A stretch of DNA of 64,000 nucleotides from Macrostomum hystrix (GCA_950097015.1 CATNEN010000038.1:9176001-9240000); one strand, 5' to 3'; positions 1-12,798 are shown, counted from the first letter of the stretch. The notes: generated by a model from the letters alone, not told the origin. Made by a program: numbers and translations.

Positions 1-107
1 ACTTGAACAATCGCACATGGGGTGGGCGTCGGGGTGGGCGACAGAGAGAGACGCTCAGCCAATCACGCGAGCACAGGGGTAAGAAACACTGTTTAAGGCA
101 GGGTGTA

Positions 108-599
108 CCGGCCGAGACGAGAAATTCAAAATTCGATCGCATGTGGAGCCATGATTCACAACAATATAAATGTATTTATTACCCGTGTATCCTTTCGGAC
201 AAGAGCAGTTGAAAAAGGGATCAGAGTAAATCATTGTGCAGTTGCCACCATTGAGACAGACAGGCAGTGTGTTGATTCCCTTGTCAGGCTGTGTTGTATT
301 GCAGTAGTTCACAGCCGCAATGCAGTACGGTGCGATGTAGGGCAGCGGGCAGAGGCATGGAGGACTGGCTGTGTAGTTGTTGCAGGTACCGCCATTGTAG
401 CAGGTGATGGCAGAGCAGTTGGCAGCTGAAGCATATCCAACTGAAACGATTTTCGAGTTACCCGTTTTTGATCAGCAATTAAAGAAAGCTCGATAAAGTC
501 GTGCGAGACGATTGACACGGTAACAATCGATCACTGACCGAATAAGCAGAGCAGCAGAGCAAGTTCGAGACCTTTTGTACAAACAGATATTGTCGCCAT
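108..599 (-). CDS. EGF-TM family paralogue 1 (signal peptide + 2 EGF-like domains; 3' part runs to or off the window edge)
   Basis: Exon 599-539 MATISVCTKGLELALLLCLFG with GT donor (phase 1). Exon 440-183 encodes CSAITCYNGGTCNNYTASPPCLCPLPYIAPYC and YCNTTQPDKGINTLPVCLNGGNCTMIYSDPFFNCSCPKGYTG. The last Cys (GSTCD, ~150-135) follows in frame, but no canonical AG acceptor precedes it. Confidence 0.75.
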
Positions 600-975
600 T
601 AGAAAAACCCAGCAGTTGCTGGGTGGACAAGCGCGACACAAGAAATTAACGAAAAGACAGACTGCTTTGGTTGGGGAAGCAGAAACTTGCAGTATACTGT
701 TTCCTGGCAGCACGTAGCTACCAATGCATTTCTCTTCAACCCTGAGCTCCCAGTATTGGTTGGGGTTGATGCCTACTGCATATTGGGAGACAATATGGGC
801 ATTGCTTGACAGCCAATCAATTCTGCTTGGCAGTGTACAGCATTTTGTTACTATTTATTAGAAATTTATTATTAACATCCGTGGAATGCCCGTGGCAGGC
901 TGAATAGTTGTACTTTTGGCGCTACATGTCTACATGCACAAGTACTCGTACATGGTTTAGGCAGAATTTCATCTG

Positions 976-1009
976 TCAGTCTCTCTTTCTGTCTCTTTCT
1001 CTGTCTCTT

Positions 1010-1050
<41 letters not shown>
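976..1050. repeat. (CT)n microsatellite
   Basis: Imperfect CT/TCTT run. Confidence 0.9.
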
Positions 1051-1240
1051 TAGCAGGATGATGACAGAGCAGTGAAGATGGAAATACAGCAGAGATAAAG
1101 AGATAAATAGGAAAGTGTTCTTTCTCTACCACAATGAAAACATATCAACTAAAGCGCAGCGTCTCAGCTTTATTGCACCCAAACTTTCATCGGTGACGCG
1201 ATGGTTTCACTTACCTTGCGCGCAACAACAACTGATAACA

Positions 1241-1780
1241 GCTGATAACAGGGTGTGGGTGCTGGAGCTGATAACAGGGTGTGGGTGCTGGAGCTGATAA
1301 CGGGGTGTGGGTGCTGGAGCTGATAACAGGGTGTGGGTGCTGGAGCTGATAACAGGGTGTGGGTGCTGGAGCTGATAACAGGGTGTGGGCGCTGGAGCTG
1401 ATAACAGGGTGTGGGTGCTGGAGCTGATAACAGGGTGTGGGCGCTGGAGCTGATAACAGGGTGTGGGTGCTGGAGCTGATAACAGGGTGTGGGTGCTGGA
1501 GCTGACAACAGGGTGTGGGTGCTGGAGCTGATAACAGGGTGTGGGTGCTGGAGCTGATAACAGGGTGTGGGTGCTGGAGCTGATAACAGGGTGTGGGTGC
1601 TGGAGCTGATAACAGGGTGTGGGTGCTGGAGCTGATAACAGGGTGTGGGTGCTGGAGCTGATAACGGGGTGTGGGTGCTGGAGCTGATAACAGGGTGTGG
1701 GTGCTGGAGCTGATAACAGGGTGTGGGTGCTGGAGCTGATAACAGGGTGTGGGTGCTGGAGCTGACAACAGGGTGTGGGT
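1241..1780. repeat. 26-bp minisatellite GCTGATAACAGGGTGTGGGTGCTGGA, ~21 copies
   Basis: Direct tandem repeats. Confidence 0.95.
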
Positions 1781-2687
1781 TGAATTAATTGGCTAGAATT
1801 TAAACGAGCCCATAGAAAAACACAAAGCGGGAAGAACTGGCTCACACTGCTAAATATTATTCATGGAAGAAGATTCAATAGTCTATGGTAGAAGACAAAA
1901 CCAGAAGACGTTGTCTTGCATAAAAACTACAAACAATGATCGTCAAAATTATAGACAATGAACTCAGCTTTTAAAAAATTTGCCCTCCTGCAGTAAATAA
2001 AGGGCTAGAGAGAGCTCTCTCTGACTCTCTTTTGTGCGTGCTTACCCGTACGATTCTCTCAAAAACTTGTTTGTTTTCAAAGCATCCTTGTTTTTAGGCG
2101 AAATAAACTAATTCTATGAAAAACGATAATACAAACGAAGCAAATAATGGAACGCAAATATAATTTGCTTTATCGATACCAGATTGACAAGCAATCATTG
2201 AAATATGGAATAACAGTCATTGAAATAATAACACTGGAATACAGCGAAACACAGATTTACTCATACAGGCCTAGGGTACATATACCAAGCGAACGAACAG
2301 CCTCGGGTGTAAGCAATACTGATAATTATTTCACAAGTTGCTGTGCAAATAACTCAAAGATATAACTCATAGTATACTTCCTCAACGAAAGTTCTGACGT
2401 CAAATTGGTGGCTGGTTTGGCTTCTACATTCATTCAGGAACCATTCTGAGAACCAGAATCTAGTATTTCCGGTTGCGAATTAACAGCATTACACAATGGC
2501 TGGATAGTCTAAAAAAGTCAGGGTTAGTTTTATTTTGTCACTAATTATTCAATGTTACTTTACCTGTGCTTCAGGAATTTGGGATGACTGCAGTTATTAC
2601 TGCAGTCAATAACAGCGTCCGGATGACACCAATAAACTCACTTGGAGTTTTTGGTAAATGTTTGCAAACTAGGCAAATAAAATATTA

Positions 2688-3705
2688 AGATGACAGAGCA
2701 GAGGGGAAGATGATTGGGCAGAGAGGAAGATGATTGGGCAAGAGGAAGACGACAGAGCAGAGAGGAAGACGACAGAGCAGAGAGGAAGACGACAGAGCAG
2801 AGAGGAAGATGATTAGGCAGAGAGCAAGATGATTGGGCAGAGAGAAGATGATTGGGCAGAGAGAAAGATGACAGAGCAGAGACGAAGATGACAGAGCAGA
2901 GAGGAAAATGACAGAGCACAGAGGAAGATGACAGAGCAGATAGGAAGATGATTGGGCAGAGAAGAAGATGACAGAGCAGAGAGGAAGATGACAGAGCAGA
3001 GAGGAAGATGATTGGGCAGAGAGGAAGATGACAGAGCAGAGAGGAAGATGACAGAGCAGAGAGGAAGATGATTGGGCAGAGAGGAAGATGACAGAGCAGA
3101 GAGGAAGATGACAGAGCAGAGAGGAAAATGACAGAGCACAGAGGAAGATGACAGAGCAGATAGGAAGATGATTGGGCAGAGAAGAAGATGACAGAGCAGA
3201 GAGGAAGATGACAGAGCAGAGAGGAAGATGATTGGGCAGAGAAGAAGATGACAGAGCAGAGAGGAAGATGACAGAGCAGAGAGGAAAATGACAGAGCACA
3301 GAGGAAGATGACAAAGCAGATAGGAAGATGATTGAGCACAGAGGAAGATGACAGAGCAGAGAGGATGATGACAGAGCAGAGAGGAAGATGATTGGGCAGA
3401 GAGGAAGATGATTGGGCAGAGAGGAAGATGATTGGGCAGAGAGGAAGATGATTGGGCAGAGAGAAAGATGACAGAGCAGAGAGGAAGATGACAGAGCAGA
3501 GAGGAAGATGACAGAGCAGAGAGGAAGATGATTGGGCAGAGAGGAAGATGACAGAGCAGAGAGGAAGATGACAGAGCACAGAGGAAGATGACAGAGCAGA
3601 GAGGAAGATGACAGAGCAGAGAGGAAGATGACAGAGCAGAGAGGAAGATGACAGAGCAGAGAGGAAGATGAGTGGGCAGAGAGGAAGATGACAGAGCTGA
3701 GAGGA
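2688..3705. repeat. 20-bp minisatellite GAGGAAGATGACAGAGCAGA (variant ...ATTGGGCAGA), ~50 copies
   Basis: Tandem repeats with two interspersed unit variants; lies downstream of the TM exon of paralogue 2. Confidence 0.95.
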
Positions 3706-3797
3706 AGCTAAAGTTACAGAAAATGCGGCTATAAAAACAAAAATCCAGTATTTTTTAATTCGTTTACTCACGTCTTTTTTACGCGACAGGAGGACAA

Positions 3798-4639
3798 CTA
3801 AAAAACGACTAAAGCAGTGAAAGCTATTACAGAGCCTGCCGCGATTCCTGCTAATATAGCATCGGAAAGCTTTCGGGCTGAAGAAAATGAATGTGTACTT
3901 GTAAATAGCTTTCTGCCGTTACATACGAGCGTACAGACAAGTTTAAACGTACTTGATGCGTCGTTATAAATGCTGGTCTCTTCACATCGCCATCCTGGTG
4001 AAGATTGAGGACATGAGAACATAAGAACCTAATCAATGTTGGGACGAGGACAATTTCTAACACATGCTGCCACATGCCGCATGTCGACCCTCATGACATA
4101 TTTGGAATTTTCGACACACAAAATTGTCTCCCTAACCTAACTCCAGTCTCACCTGAATAGCCAGGTGGACAAGTACAGTTGAAATAGGGATCAGAGTACA
4201 TCATTGTGCAGTTGCCGTTATTCAGACAAACAGGCAGTGTAGTGATGTTCTTGCTAATGTCAGGCTGCGTTGTATTGCAGTAGTTCACAGCCGCAATGCA
4301 GTACGGTGCGATGTAGGGCAGCCGGCAGAGGCATGGAGGACTGGCTGTGTAGTTGTTGCAGGTACCGCCATTGTAGCAGGTGATTGCAGGGCAGTTGGCA
4401 GCTGACACTGCAGGGTCTGCAGGAACGCATTTGTTGTGGTTTATGGAACATATTTTTTATGCAGACAATTGGCCCTACATTTATTTTGTGCCCCTAAGTC
4501 GGGACCAGCTGATGGTTGATATTTTAATGTCAGTTATTTACCACCTCGAAGCTTATTGAATTGACTCACCTGCGAGCCAGATCGCGAGTAGAAGACTTAG
4601 AACAATGGGTGTAGATGCTTCAATATGGCGGGTTGCCAT
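3798..4639 (-). CDS. EGF-TM family paralogue 2 (ends at a TAG within the TM segment)
   Basis: Exons 4639-4570 (MATRHIEASTPIVLSLLLAIWLAG), 4416-4153 (2xEGF), 3994-3953 (GWRCEETSIYNDAS) and 3877-3798 (RKLSDAILAGIAAGSVIAFTALVVF*), joined by phase-1 GT-AG introns. Possible former tail exons at ~2588-2565 and ~2508-2434. Confidence 0.8.
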
Positions 4640-5275
4640 GGCGGACTGTGTCAGACAGTTTAGCCTAGATTCAATCTAAAGGTAAAAAAGCAATTTAGCT
4701 TTTTGTGCGCTCTGTGTGCTCTGCTTTTATGAGTCAAGGACTGTACATTCAGCTGCACCCACTCCTGCGACTCCCATGACAGATCCAGTTGGCTGTCACG
4801 CACTAGTATCCTTGCATACTCCGCTGTGTTCAAACAGCTCGTGGCATAGCGTTGTTTACGCTTGAGCAGAAAATGGGTTAGGGGGCTGTTTACTGATACT
4901 GATACTCTCCACTCACTTGCGCAGCGGTATAGGAAAACAAGGAGTACAGTTTCCATTTTTGCAGTTTAGACTGAATTACGAGTATATTTACATCCTACAG
5001 GTAAACTCAAGAAAAACTGCTTATAACAATTTTTTAGGTTTGTTTCGCAAGGCTTTTACCTCATCACGCATTTAGTAGGGGCGCAGTTTTATTTAAGTTT
5101 TTGTTTTATTTTTAATTAAGTTTGCTCGCGCAGGAAAGCAGTAATGTTGTTGCATCATTAATTAAAATTTATTATGCTATAGTCATGTTACTAAAAATAG
5201 GACACGGAAATAGATTCTTTAGAAATTATTGACACCACTGCAATCCATCATGAAGATTTTTGCCAGCAAAATCTC

Positions 5276-5866
5276 GTTTGATCCGGTTTGATCCGGTTTG
5301 ATCCGGTTTGATCCGGTTTGATCCGATTCGATCCGGTTTGATCCGGTTTGATCCGGTTTGATCCGGTTTGATCCGGTTTGATCCGGTTTGATCCGGTTTG
5401 ATCCGGTTTGATCCGGTTTGATCCGATTTGATTCGGTTTGATCCGGTTTGATCCGGTTTGATCCGATTTGATCCGGTTTGATCCGGTTTGATCCGGTTTG
5501 ATCCGGTTTGATCCGATTTGATCCGGTTTGATCCGGTTTGATCCGATTTGATCCGGTTTGATCCGGTTTGATCCGGTTTGATCCGGTTTGATCCGATTTG
5601 ATCCGGTTTGATCCGGTTTGATCCGGTTTGATCCGGTTTGATCCGGTTTGATCCGGTTTGATCCGGTTTGATCCGGTTTGATCCGATTTGATCCGGTTTG
5701 ATCCGGTTTGATCCGGTTTGATCCGATTTGATCCGGTTTGATCCGGTTTGATCCGGTTTGATCCGGTTTGATCCGATTTGATCCGGTTTGATCCGATTTG
5801 ATCCGATTTGATCCGGTTTGATCCGATTTGTTCCGGTTTGATCCGGTTTGATCCGGTTTGATCCGG
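5276..5866. repeat. 10-bp tandem repeat (ATCCGGTTTG)n, ~59 copies
   Basis: Direct tandem repeats with an ATCCGATTTG variant. Confidence 0.95.
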
Positions 5867-6229
5867 TGTGCTATTAAAGATTTTTATTTTCTGAATATCA
5901 TACAGGAAAGGAAGTCAATCTAATTCGAATTTCCATATTTTTAGTAACTTCGAGCATCGCTTTGCAGCATCTACAGTTAATCCTATGAGTAAGTCTGCGA
6001 TCCCCCGGGCTCTAGGTTCCAGGACTCGAAAGCGCCCTGATACGAAAACGAGATTATTGGTCATGTCAAACGCTTCTCAATCAATGACTTTAACACCTTT
6101 CTTACCGCTCAAAGGCTTCTCCAATCACTCAAACACTTCTCTAGCGACTCAAGCACTTCTCCAACCAATCAAACGCGTCTCTTACCACTCAAAAGCTTAT
6201 TTAGAGACTCAAACCCTTATTAAATGACA

Positions 6230-7112
6230 CAAGTACTTCTCTAACCACTCAAACTCTTCTATAACGACTCAAACGCTTCGTCAACACAAACGCTTCTCTA
6301 GCGACTCAAACTCTTCTCTAGCGACTCAAACTCTTCTCTAACGACTCAAACTCTTCTCTAGCGACTCAAACTCTTCTCTAACCACTCAAACTCTTCTATA
6401 ACCACTCAAACTCTTCTCTAACCACTCAAACTCTTCTCTAACCACTCAAACTCTTCTCTAACCACTCAAACTCTTCTCTAACCACTCAAACTCTTCTCTA
6501 ACGACTCAAACTCTTCTCTAGCGACTCAAACTCTTCTCTTGCGACTCAAACTCTTCTCTAACGACTCAAACGCTTCGTCAACACAAACGCTTCTCTAGCG
6601 ACTCAAACTCTTCTCTAACGACTCAAACGCTTCGTCAACACAAACGCTTCTCTAACGACTCAAACTCTTCTCTAGCGACTCAAACTCTTCTCTTGCGACT
6701 CAAACTCTTCTCTAACGACTCAAACGCTTCGTCAACACAAACGCTTCTCTTGCGACTCAAACTCTTCTATAACGACTCAAACGCTTCGTCAACACAAACG
6801 CTTCTCTTGCGACTCAAACTCTTCTCTAACGACTCAAACGCTTCGTCAACACAAACGCTTCTCTAGCGACTCAAACTCTTCTATAACGACTCAAACGCTT
6901 CGTCAACACAAACGCTTCTCTAGCGACTCAAACTCTTCTCTAGCGACTCAAACTCTTCTCTAGCGACTCAAACTCTTCTCTAGCGACTCAAACTCTTCTC
7001 TAGCGACTCAAACTCTTCTCTAGCGACTCAAACTCTTCTCTAGCGACTCAAACTCTTCTCTAGCGACTCAAACTCTTCTCTAGCGACTCAAACTCTTCTC
7101 TAACGACTCAAA
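6230..7112. repeat. 20-bp minisatellite CTCTTCTCTAGCGACTCAAA with an interspersed CGCTTCGTCAACACAAA variant
   Basis: Direct tandem repeats. Confidence 0.93.
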
Positions 7113-7230
7113 CGTTTGATTCCGTTTTTTATTGGGAGGCTTTCATGATTTTTGTCGCTGTAACTAGATATCACTGAAATTTAGATGCTCACGCGTATAT
7201 TGCAGTTCCTCGTAAATGAGAAAAACATTT

Positions 7231-9552
7231 TGATGTGGAGTGTGCTGCGGGAATCGAGTGGGAGTGTGAGCCAGCATAATTTTTCAAATTTTTAAGTTAC
7301 TAATAATTGCGACCCACATAGCAGCTGGCCACAAAACAAGATCATTAATCTTAGGGCCGGGTTTGAGGCGGCGGTGAATCAAGTAGCTGTCGAATCCTCT
7401 CTCTCCGGAGTTGTCTAGACTCCCCGTAGGAATGACTGATCGCGGCCATAATGTTACTGTATGAACTAGTTTAGGTCATAATTCCCCTCCAAACCGCGAT
7501 CGGATATAGGGGCTCACTCACGCGTTATGAGTGATCATTAAATTCTTCATGTCCCCTCTTCTTTACAGTATTCGAGCCCAGCTCGACTTTATGACCTCCC
7601 TCCTTTAGATACATGTAAATGTCACTGTAGGCAGGTCGGCGCCTGCGCTTCCCATTGTCCCGGCGGAGTAACAATCGCTGGCTGACTGCCGACGGCTGTT
7701 CGCGCAGAACATCTGTCGTTTCCCGCCGCCGGTTCATTGGGCAATTGGGGCGGCAATCGCCGCTTCAATTCCTCGATGACAGGCTGGCGCGAATGTGGGT
7801 TGCTTTGATGGATGTCGGGATTGGCGTGCTGCAAGGCCTATTTAAGCAAGCGCGCGGCGCTGCTCCCTCTAGGACCCTTTTTCTCCCGCCGGCTCTTCCC
7901 CTTCTCCCCTGCCGGACTTACTTTTGCCGGGCCGGACTCCCACCGGACCCAGGACTTATCCCCCAGACCCAAGTAGGGCATTAGACCCTCGAGCTTATAG
8001 CTCCACAGTTAGCGCAGGCCCATTGCCTGTCCCCATTCCCCCTGAGCGCGAGCCACCTCTTTAGGTGAGCTGTTAAATTGAGCCTTGAGCTCCAAGCGTG
8101 TTGGCCCCCTGCCGACTCGCAGCATCTTTCCCTTCCCGGCTTTTACTATCTTACCCCATCCTCTTCCCCGAGAACAACGGGATTGCAGCACGCGGCCGAA
8201 GCGTCCAGATAAGTAATCCGCGCAGCGGCTTGCAATTATTGCTCCTAAGGGGCTTTCTATTAGTTAGGCGGCATTTAGTGGGAGGGAAGCTAGGAACTTT
8301 TTCGCCTAATAAACTATCCAATCTAAGCACTTTTAACTTATTGGGCTTAACTTTATAACAACTTAACTTCTTTTATTATGTCTCCTTTTCACCTTTATTT
8401 TAACCTTAGACAGCCCTCTACCATGAGTGGCTAATCTATTAGGGGAATGGGCTCTGGCACAGCCGAGCTGAAAGCTGCGGCAGGAAGGAAATTGTAAGCG
8501 CGTATGAGAGCAATATGGAGCTAGGGATTTGCAAGTAAAATGCGGAGTGTAGCACGTGTTGTCTTTCTGCCCAGGGGTGGGGAATTCCCTGGCGGGTTTT
8601 CCTCGTTTCCTGGCGGAACTGGGAATGCGTGTCAAGCTCCCCTGCCAATTGAGCTTCCCTTCCGTTCCCCCTCTCGCTTCCACCGCCAGGGAAGTGGGGG
8701 GTGATGATCTTTTAATCTTACGCTCGCATAATCACTCAGCCAGTGTTCAGCTTAATCTCTCCTGCCTCTGTTTTCCTCAACTCACACAGACTCGGATTGC
8801 TAGTTATCTAATGTGTAGGCTGCAGTCTAATGTACAGAATGTGTCTGATGTCCCATGAGTAGGATTCTGGCTATGGGTTTCTTTTTCAGGTTCTGAGTAC
8901 CACCTTTCTAGACCACTGTAGCGCAGTTTCAGGAATCCCCTGTTGAGGCGTGTCTCGATTCATTCTGGGGTCTTCGCCCTAGTCTAAAACGGAAGTTACA
9001 GAATGCCTTATTTTTCGGCTTGTCTGAGATCTGTGTGACAAACTCGGAGCTGTGAACTCCGGGGACCCAAGTTCCCAAATGTCTGCGGTGGCAACGTAGG
9101 CGCATTGGGTGGTGGCGCTACCCTAGATCATTTTCCGCTTTGCCAATAGCCTTTCCGCATTTCTAAGACAAGAGCCTGGGCCGAATCGACCACTGCTACC
9201 ACTGTTAGGAGTCAGTTATGTACATGCTACTGATGACAGTAGGCTATCTAGCCCTGTCCTACCTGCTTGCGGGTAGTCCGATATCTCTTTAGACTTTAGC
9301 CGGTTTCGAGCACTGCTTGGGGTAGGCACGGCAGTCATGCCTGTGGCCTATGGGTTGAGTGGGACTGGCCAGCCTGAGGCCGAGAGGACCACTCCCTGCA
9401 TCCACTGTCTCTCCCTCCATCTCTCCCTTCATCCCTCTTCCCGCGACAAATCGCGAGGCTTTGCGGTACGACTTCTAACTCTATCGCCAGTCCCACACTC
9501 CCTTTCTCTCTTGAGGACAGGTCATCGGATTGCAAAACCCGCACCCACTTCA
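7231..9552. mobile_element. ~2.3-kb inserted element (solo-LTR-like, TG...CA) at the duplication junction
   Basis: Begins TGATGTGGAG exactly where copy A diverges from copy B and ends CCCACTTCA exactly where copy B starts. Short imperfect terminal inverted repeat (TGAtGTGG / CCACtTCA), no TSD, no recognisable RT or integrase ORF. Confidence 0.5.
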
Positions 9553-9647
9553 GAAGCTAAAATTACAGAAAAGGCGGCTATAAAAACAAAAATCCAGTAT
9601 TTTTTTAATTCGTTTACTCACGTCTTTTTTACGCGATAGGAGGACAA

Positions 9648-10486
9648 CTAAAAAACGACTAAAGCAGTGAAAGCTATTACAGAGCCTGCCGCGATTCCTG
9701 CTAATATAGCATCGGAAAGCTTTCGGGCTGAAGAAAATGAATGTGTACTTGTAAATAGCTTTCTGCCGTTACATACGAGCGTACAGACAAGTTTAAACGT
9801 ACTTGATGCGTCGTTATAAATGCTGGTCTCTTCACATCGCCATCCTGGTGAAGATTGAGGACATGAGAACATAAGAACCAAATCAATGTTGGGACGAGGA
9901 CAATTTCTAACACATGCTGCCACATGCCGCATGTCGACCCTCATGACATATTTGGAATTTTCGACACACAAAATTGTCTCCCTAACCTAACTCCAGTCTC
10001 ACCTGAATAGCCAGGTGGACAAGTACAGTTGAAATAGGGATCAGAGTACATCATTGTGCAGTTGCCGTTATTCAGACAAACAGGCAGTGTAGTGATGTTC
10101 TTGCTAATGTCAGGCTGCGTTGTATTGCAGTAGTTCACAGCCGCAATGCAGTACGGTGCGATGTAGGGCAGCCGGCAGAGGCATGGAGGACTGGCTGTGT
10201 AGTTGTTGCAGGTACCGCCATTGTAGCAGGTGATGGCAGAGCAGTTGGCAGCTGACACAGGGTCTGCAGGAACGCATTTGTTGTGGTTTATGGAACATAT
10301 TTTTTATGCAGACAATTGGCCCTACATTTATTTTGTGCCCCCAAGTCGGGACCAGCTGATGGTTGATATTTTAATGTCAGTTATTTTCCATCTCGAAGCT
10401 TATTGAATTGACTCACCTGCGAGCCAAATCGCAAGTAGAAGACTTAGCACAATAGGTGTAGATGCTTCAATATGGCGGGTTGCCAT
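9648..10486 (-). CDS. EGF-TM family paralogue 3 (recent duplicate of paralogue 2)
   Basis: Exons 10486-10417, 10263-10003, 9844-9803 and 9727-9648; same TAG after VVF. Confidence 0.8.
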
Positions 10487-11047
10487 GGCGGACTGTGTCA
10501 GACAGTTTAGCCTAGATTCAATCTAAAGGTAAAAGAGCAATTTAGCTTTTTGTGCGCTCTGTGTGCTCTGCTTTTATGAGTCAAGGACTGTACATTCAGC
10601 TGCACCCACTCCTGCGACTCCCATGACAGATCCAGTTGGCTGTCACGCACTAGTATCCTTGCATACTCCGCTGTATTCAAACAGCTCGTGGCATAGCGTT
10701 GTTTACGCTTGAGCAGAAAATGGGTTAGGGGGCTGTTTACTGATACTGATACTCTCCACTCACTTGCGCAGCGGTATAGGAAAACAAGGAGTACAGTTTC
10801 CATTTTTGCAGTTTAGACTGTATTACGAGTATATTTACATCCTACAGGTAAACTCAAGAAAAACTGCTTATAACAATTTTCTAGGTTTGTTTCGCAAGGC
10901 TTTTACGAGTACCTCATCACGCATTTAGTAGGGGCGCAGTTTTATTTAAGTTTTTGTTTTATTTTTAATTAAGTTTGCTCGCGCAAGCAGTAATGTTGTT
11001 GCATCATTAATGAAAATTTATTATGCTATAGTCATGTTACTAAAAAT

Positions 11048-11436
11048 ACCGGTTTGATCCGGTTTGATCCGGTTTGATCCGGTTTGATCCGGTTTGATCC
11101 GGTTTGATCCGGTTTGATCCGGTTTGATCCGATTTGATCCGGTTTGATCCGGTTTGATCCGGTTTGATCCGATTTGATCCGGTTTGATCCGGTTTGATCC
11201 GGTTTGATCCGGTTTGATCCGGTTTGATCCGGTTTGATCCGGTTTGATCCGATTTGATCCGGTTTGATCCGGTTTGATCCGGTTTGATCCGATTTGATCC
11301 GGTTTGATCCGGTTTGATCCGGTTTGATCCGGTTTGATCCGGTTTGATCCGGTTTGATCCGGTTTGATCCGGTTTGATCCGATTTGATCCGGTTTGATCC
11401 GGTTTGATCCGGTTTGATCCGATTTGATCCGGTTTG
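11048..11436. repeat. (ATCCGGTTTG)n, ~39 copies
   Basis: Same unit as 5276-5866. Confidence 0.95.
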
Positions 11437-11799
11437 CTATTAAAGATTTATATTTTCGGAATATCATACAGGAAAGGAAGTCAATCTAATTCGAATTTCC
11501 ATATTTTTAGTAACTTGGAGCATCGCTTTGCAGCATCTACAGTTAATCCTATGAGCAAGTCTGCGATCCCCCGGGCTCTAGGTTCCAGGACTCGAAAGCG
11601 CCCTGATACGAAAACGAGATTATTGGTCATGTCAAATGCTTCTCAATCAATTACTTTAACACCTTTCTTACCGCTCAAAGGCTTCTCCAATCACTCAAAC
11701 ACTTCTCTAGCGACTCAAGCACTTCTCCAACCAATCAAACGCCTCTCTTACCACTCAAAAGCTTATTTAGAGACTCAAACCCTTATTAAATGACACAAG

Positions 11800-12158
11800 T
11801 ACTTCTCTAACCACTCAAACTCTTCTATAACGACTCAAACGCTTCGTCAACACAAACGCTTCTCTAGCGACTCAAACTCTTCTCTAGCGACTCAAACTCT
11901 TCTCTAGCGACTCAAACTCTTCTCTAGCGACTCAAACTCTTCTCTAGCGACTCAAACTCTTCTCTAGCGACTCAAACTCTTCTCTAGCGACTCAAACTCT
12001 TCTCTAGCGACTCAAACTCTTCTCTAGCGACTCAAACTCTTCTCTAGCGACTCAAACTCTTCTCTAGCGACTCAAACTCTTCTCTAGCGACTCAAACTCT
12101 TCTCTAGCGACTCAAACGCTTCTCTAGCGACTCAAACTCTTCTCTAACGACTCAAACG
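11800..12158. repeat. 20-bp minisatellite CTCTTCTCTAGCGACTCAAA
   Basis: Same unit as 6230-7112, shorter array. Confidence 0.93.
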
Positions 12159-12495
12159 TTTGATTCCGTTTTTTATTGGGAGGCTTTCATGATTTTTGTC
12201 GCTGTAACTAGATATCACTGAAATTTAGATGCTCACGCGTATATTGCAGTTCCTCGTAAATGAGAAAAACATTTTCTATTTGAATTTGGTTTGGAATCAG
12301 TATTTTGGTACGATATCAGGCCATTAAGGTCTGCCATTTTGTCTTGACACATATGCCTTCTAAAACAGCATGGGGCCATTTCGTATTGTTAAAAGCATTT
12401 TTATTAAGTTTTACAGCATTACATTCTACCTTACAGGATTCTCCTAGAGCTAGATACAAGAGGTCATGTTCGCACTCCAGCCAGGGAACCATACA

Positions 12496-12798
12496 TTAAT
12501 AATAATTGATTACACCTGCCCCAATTGGGTCAGATGTGCAGCCGACAGCACAGCCGCAGCTAATGCGCGGCGCATCTGAAGGCTGCGTACAGCTGTTCAG
12601 TCCACGGACTGGGGGGACGCCACACCCACCTTCAATTATCCCAGCTGATGCTGGTACCCATTTAACAGCTGGGTGAACTGAAGCAATCCAGAGTTAAGTG
12701 TCTTGCTAAAGGACGCAAATTGTTCCAGTGGAGTCGGGAATCGAACCCCGACCTTCAAGTCGGGAGTCCGACGCCCTAACCACTAGGCTACAACCTCT
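12496..12798 (-). mobile_element. tRNA-derived CORE-type SINE
   Basis: Minus-strand head with A box TAGCCTAGTGG and B box GGTTCGATTCC, CORE-like CCTTTAGCAAGACACTTAACTC...CTGTTAAATGGG, ATT-rich tail; closely similar to 21219-21525; ATACATTAATA on both flanks. Confidence 0.85.

Larger units (their letters stand above)
3704..7230. repeat. Segmental duplication copy A (pairs with 9553-12274)
   Basis: Near-identical to 9553-12274 (offset 5850 at the left end), including the gene, upstream region and two minisatellites. Confidence 0.92.
9553..12274. repeat. Segmental duplication copy B (pairs with 3704-7230)
   Basis: Near-identical to copy A, with shorter minisatellite arrays. Confidence 0.92.

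Noticed and set aside
1170-3771. Long ORFs of 100-377 aa
   Set aside because: Translations of the 26-bp and 20-bp minisatellites, open in several frames, with no splice or codon support.
7525-8858. Short ORFs inside the junction element as gag/pol
   Set aside because: No zinc knuckle, protease, RT or integrase motif was recognisable.
12725-12798. tRNA gene (also 14901-14975, 21220-21292 and 45325-45392)
   Set aside because: The tRNA-like heads lack a convincing complete cloverleaf and mostly run into CORE and tail sequence; they are SINE parts.
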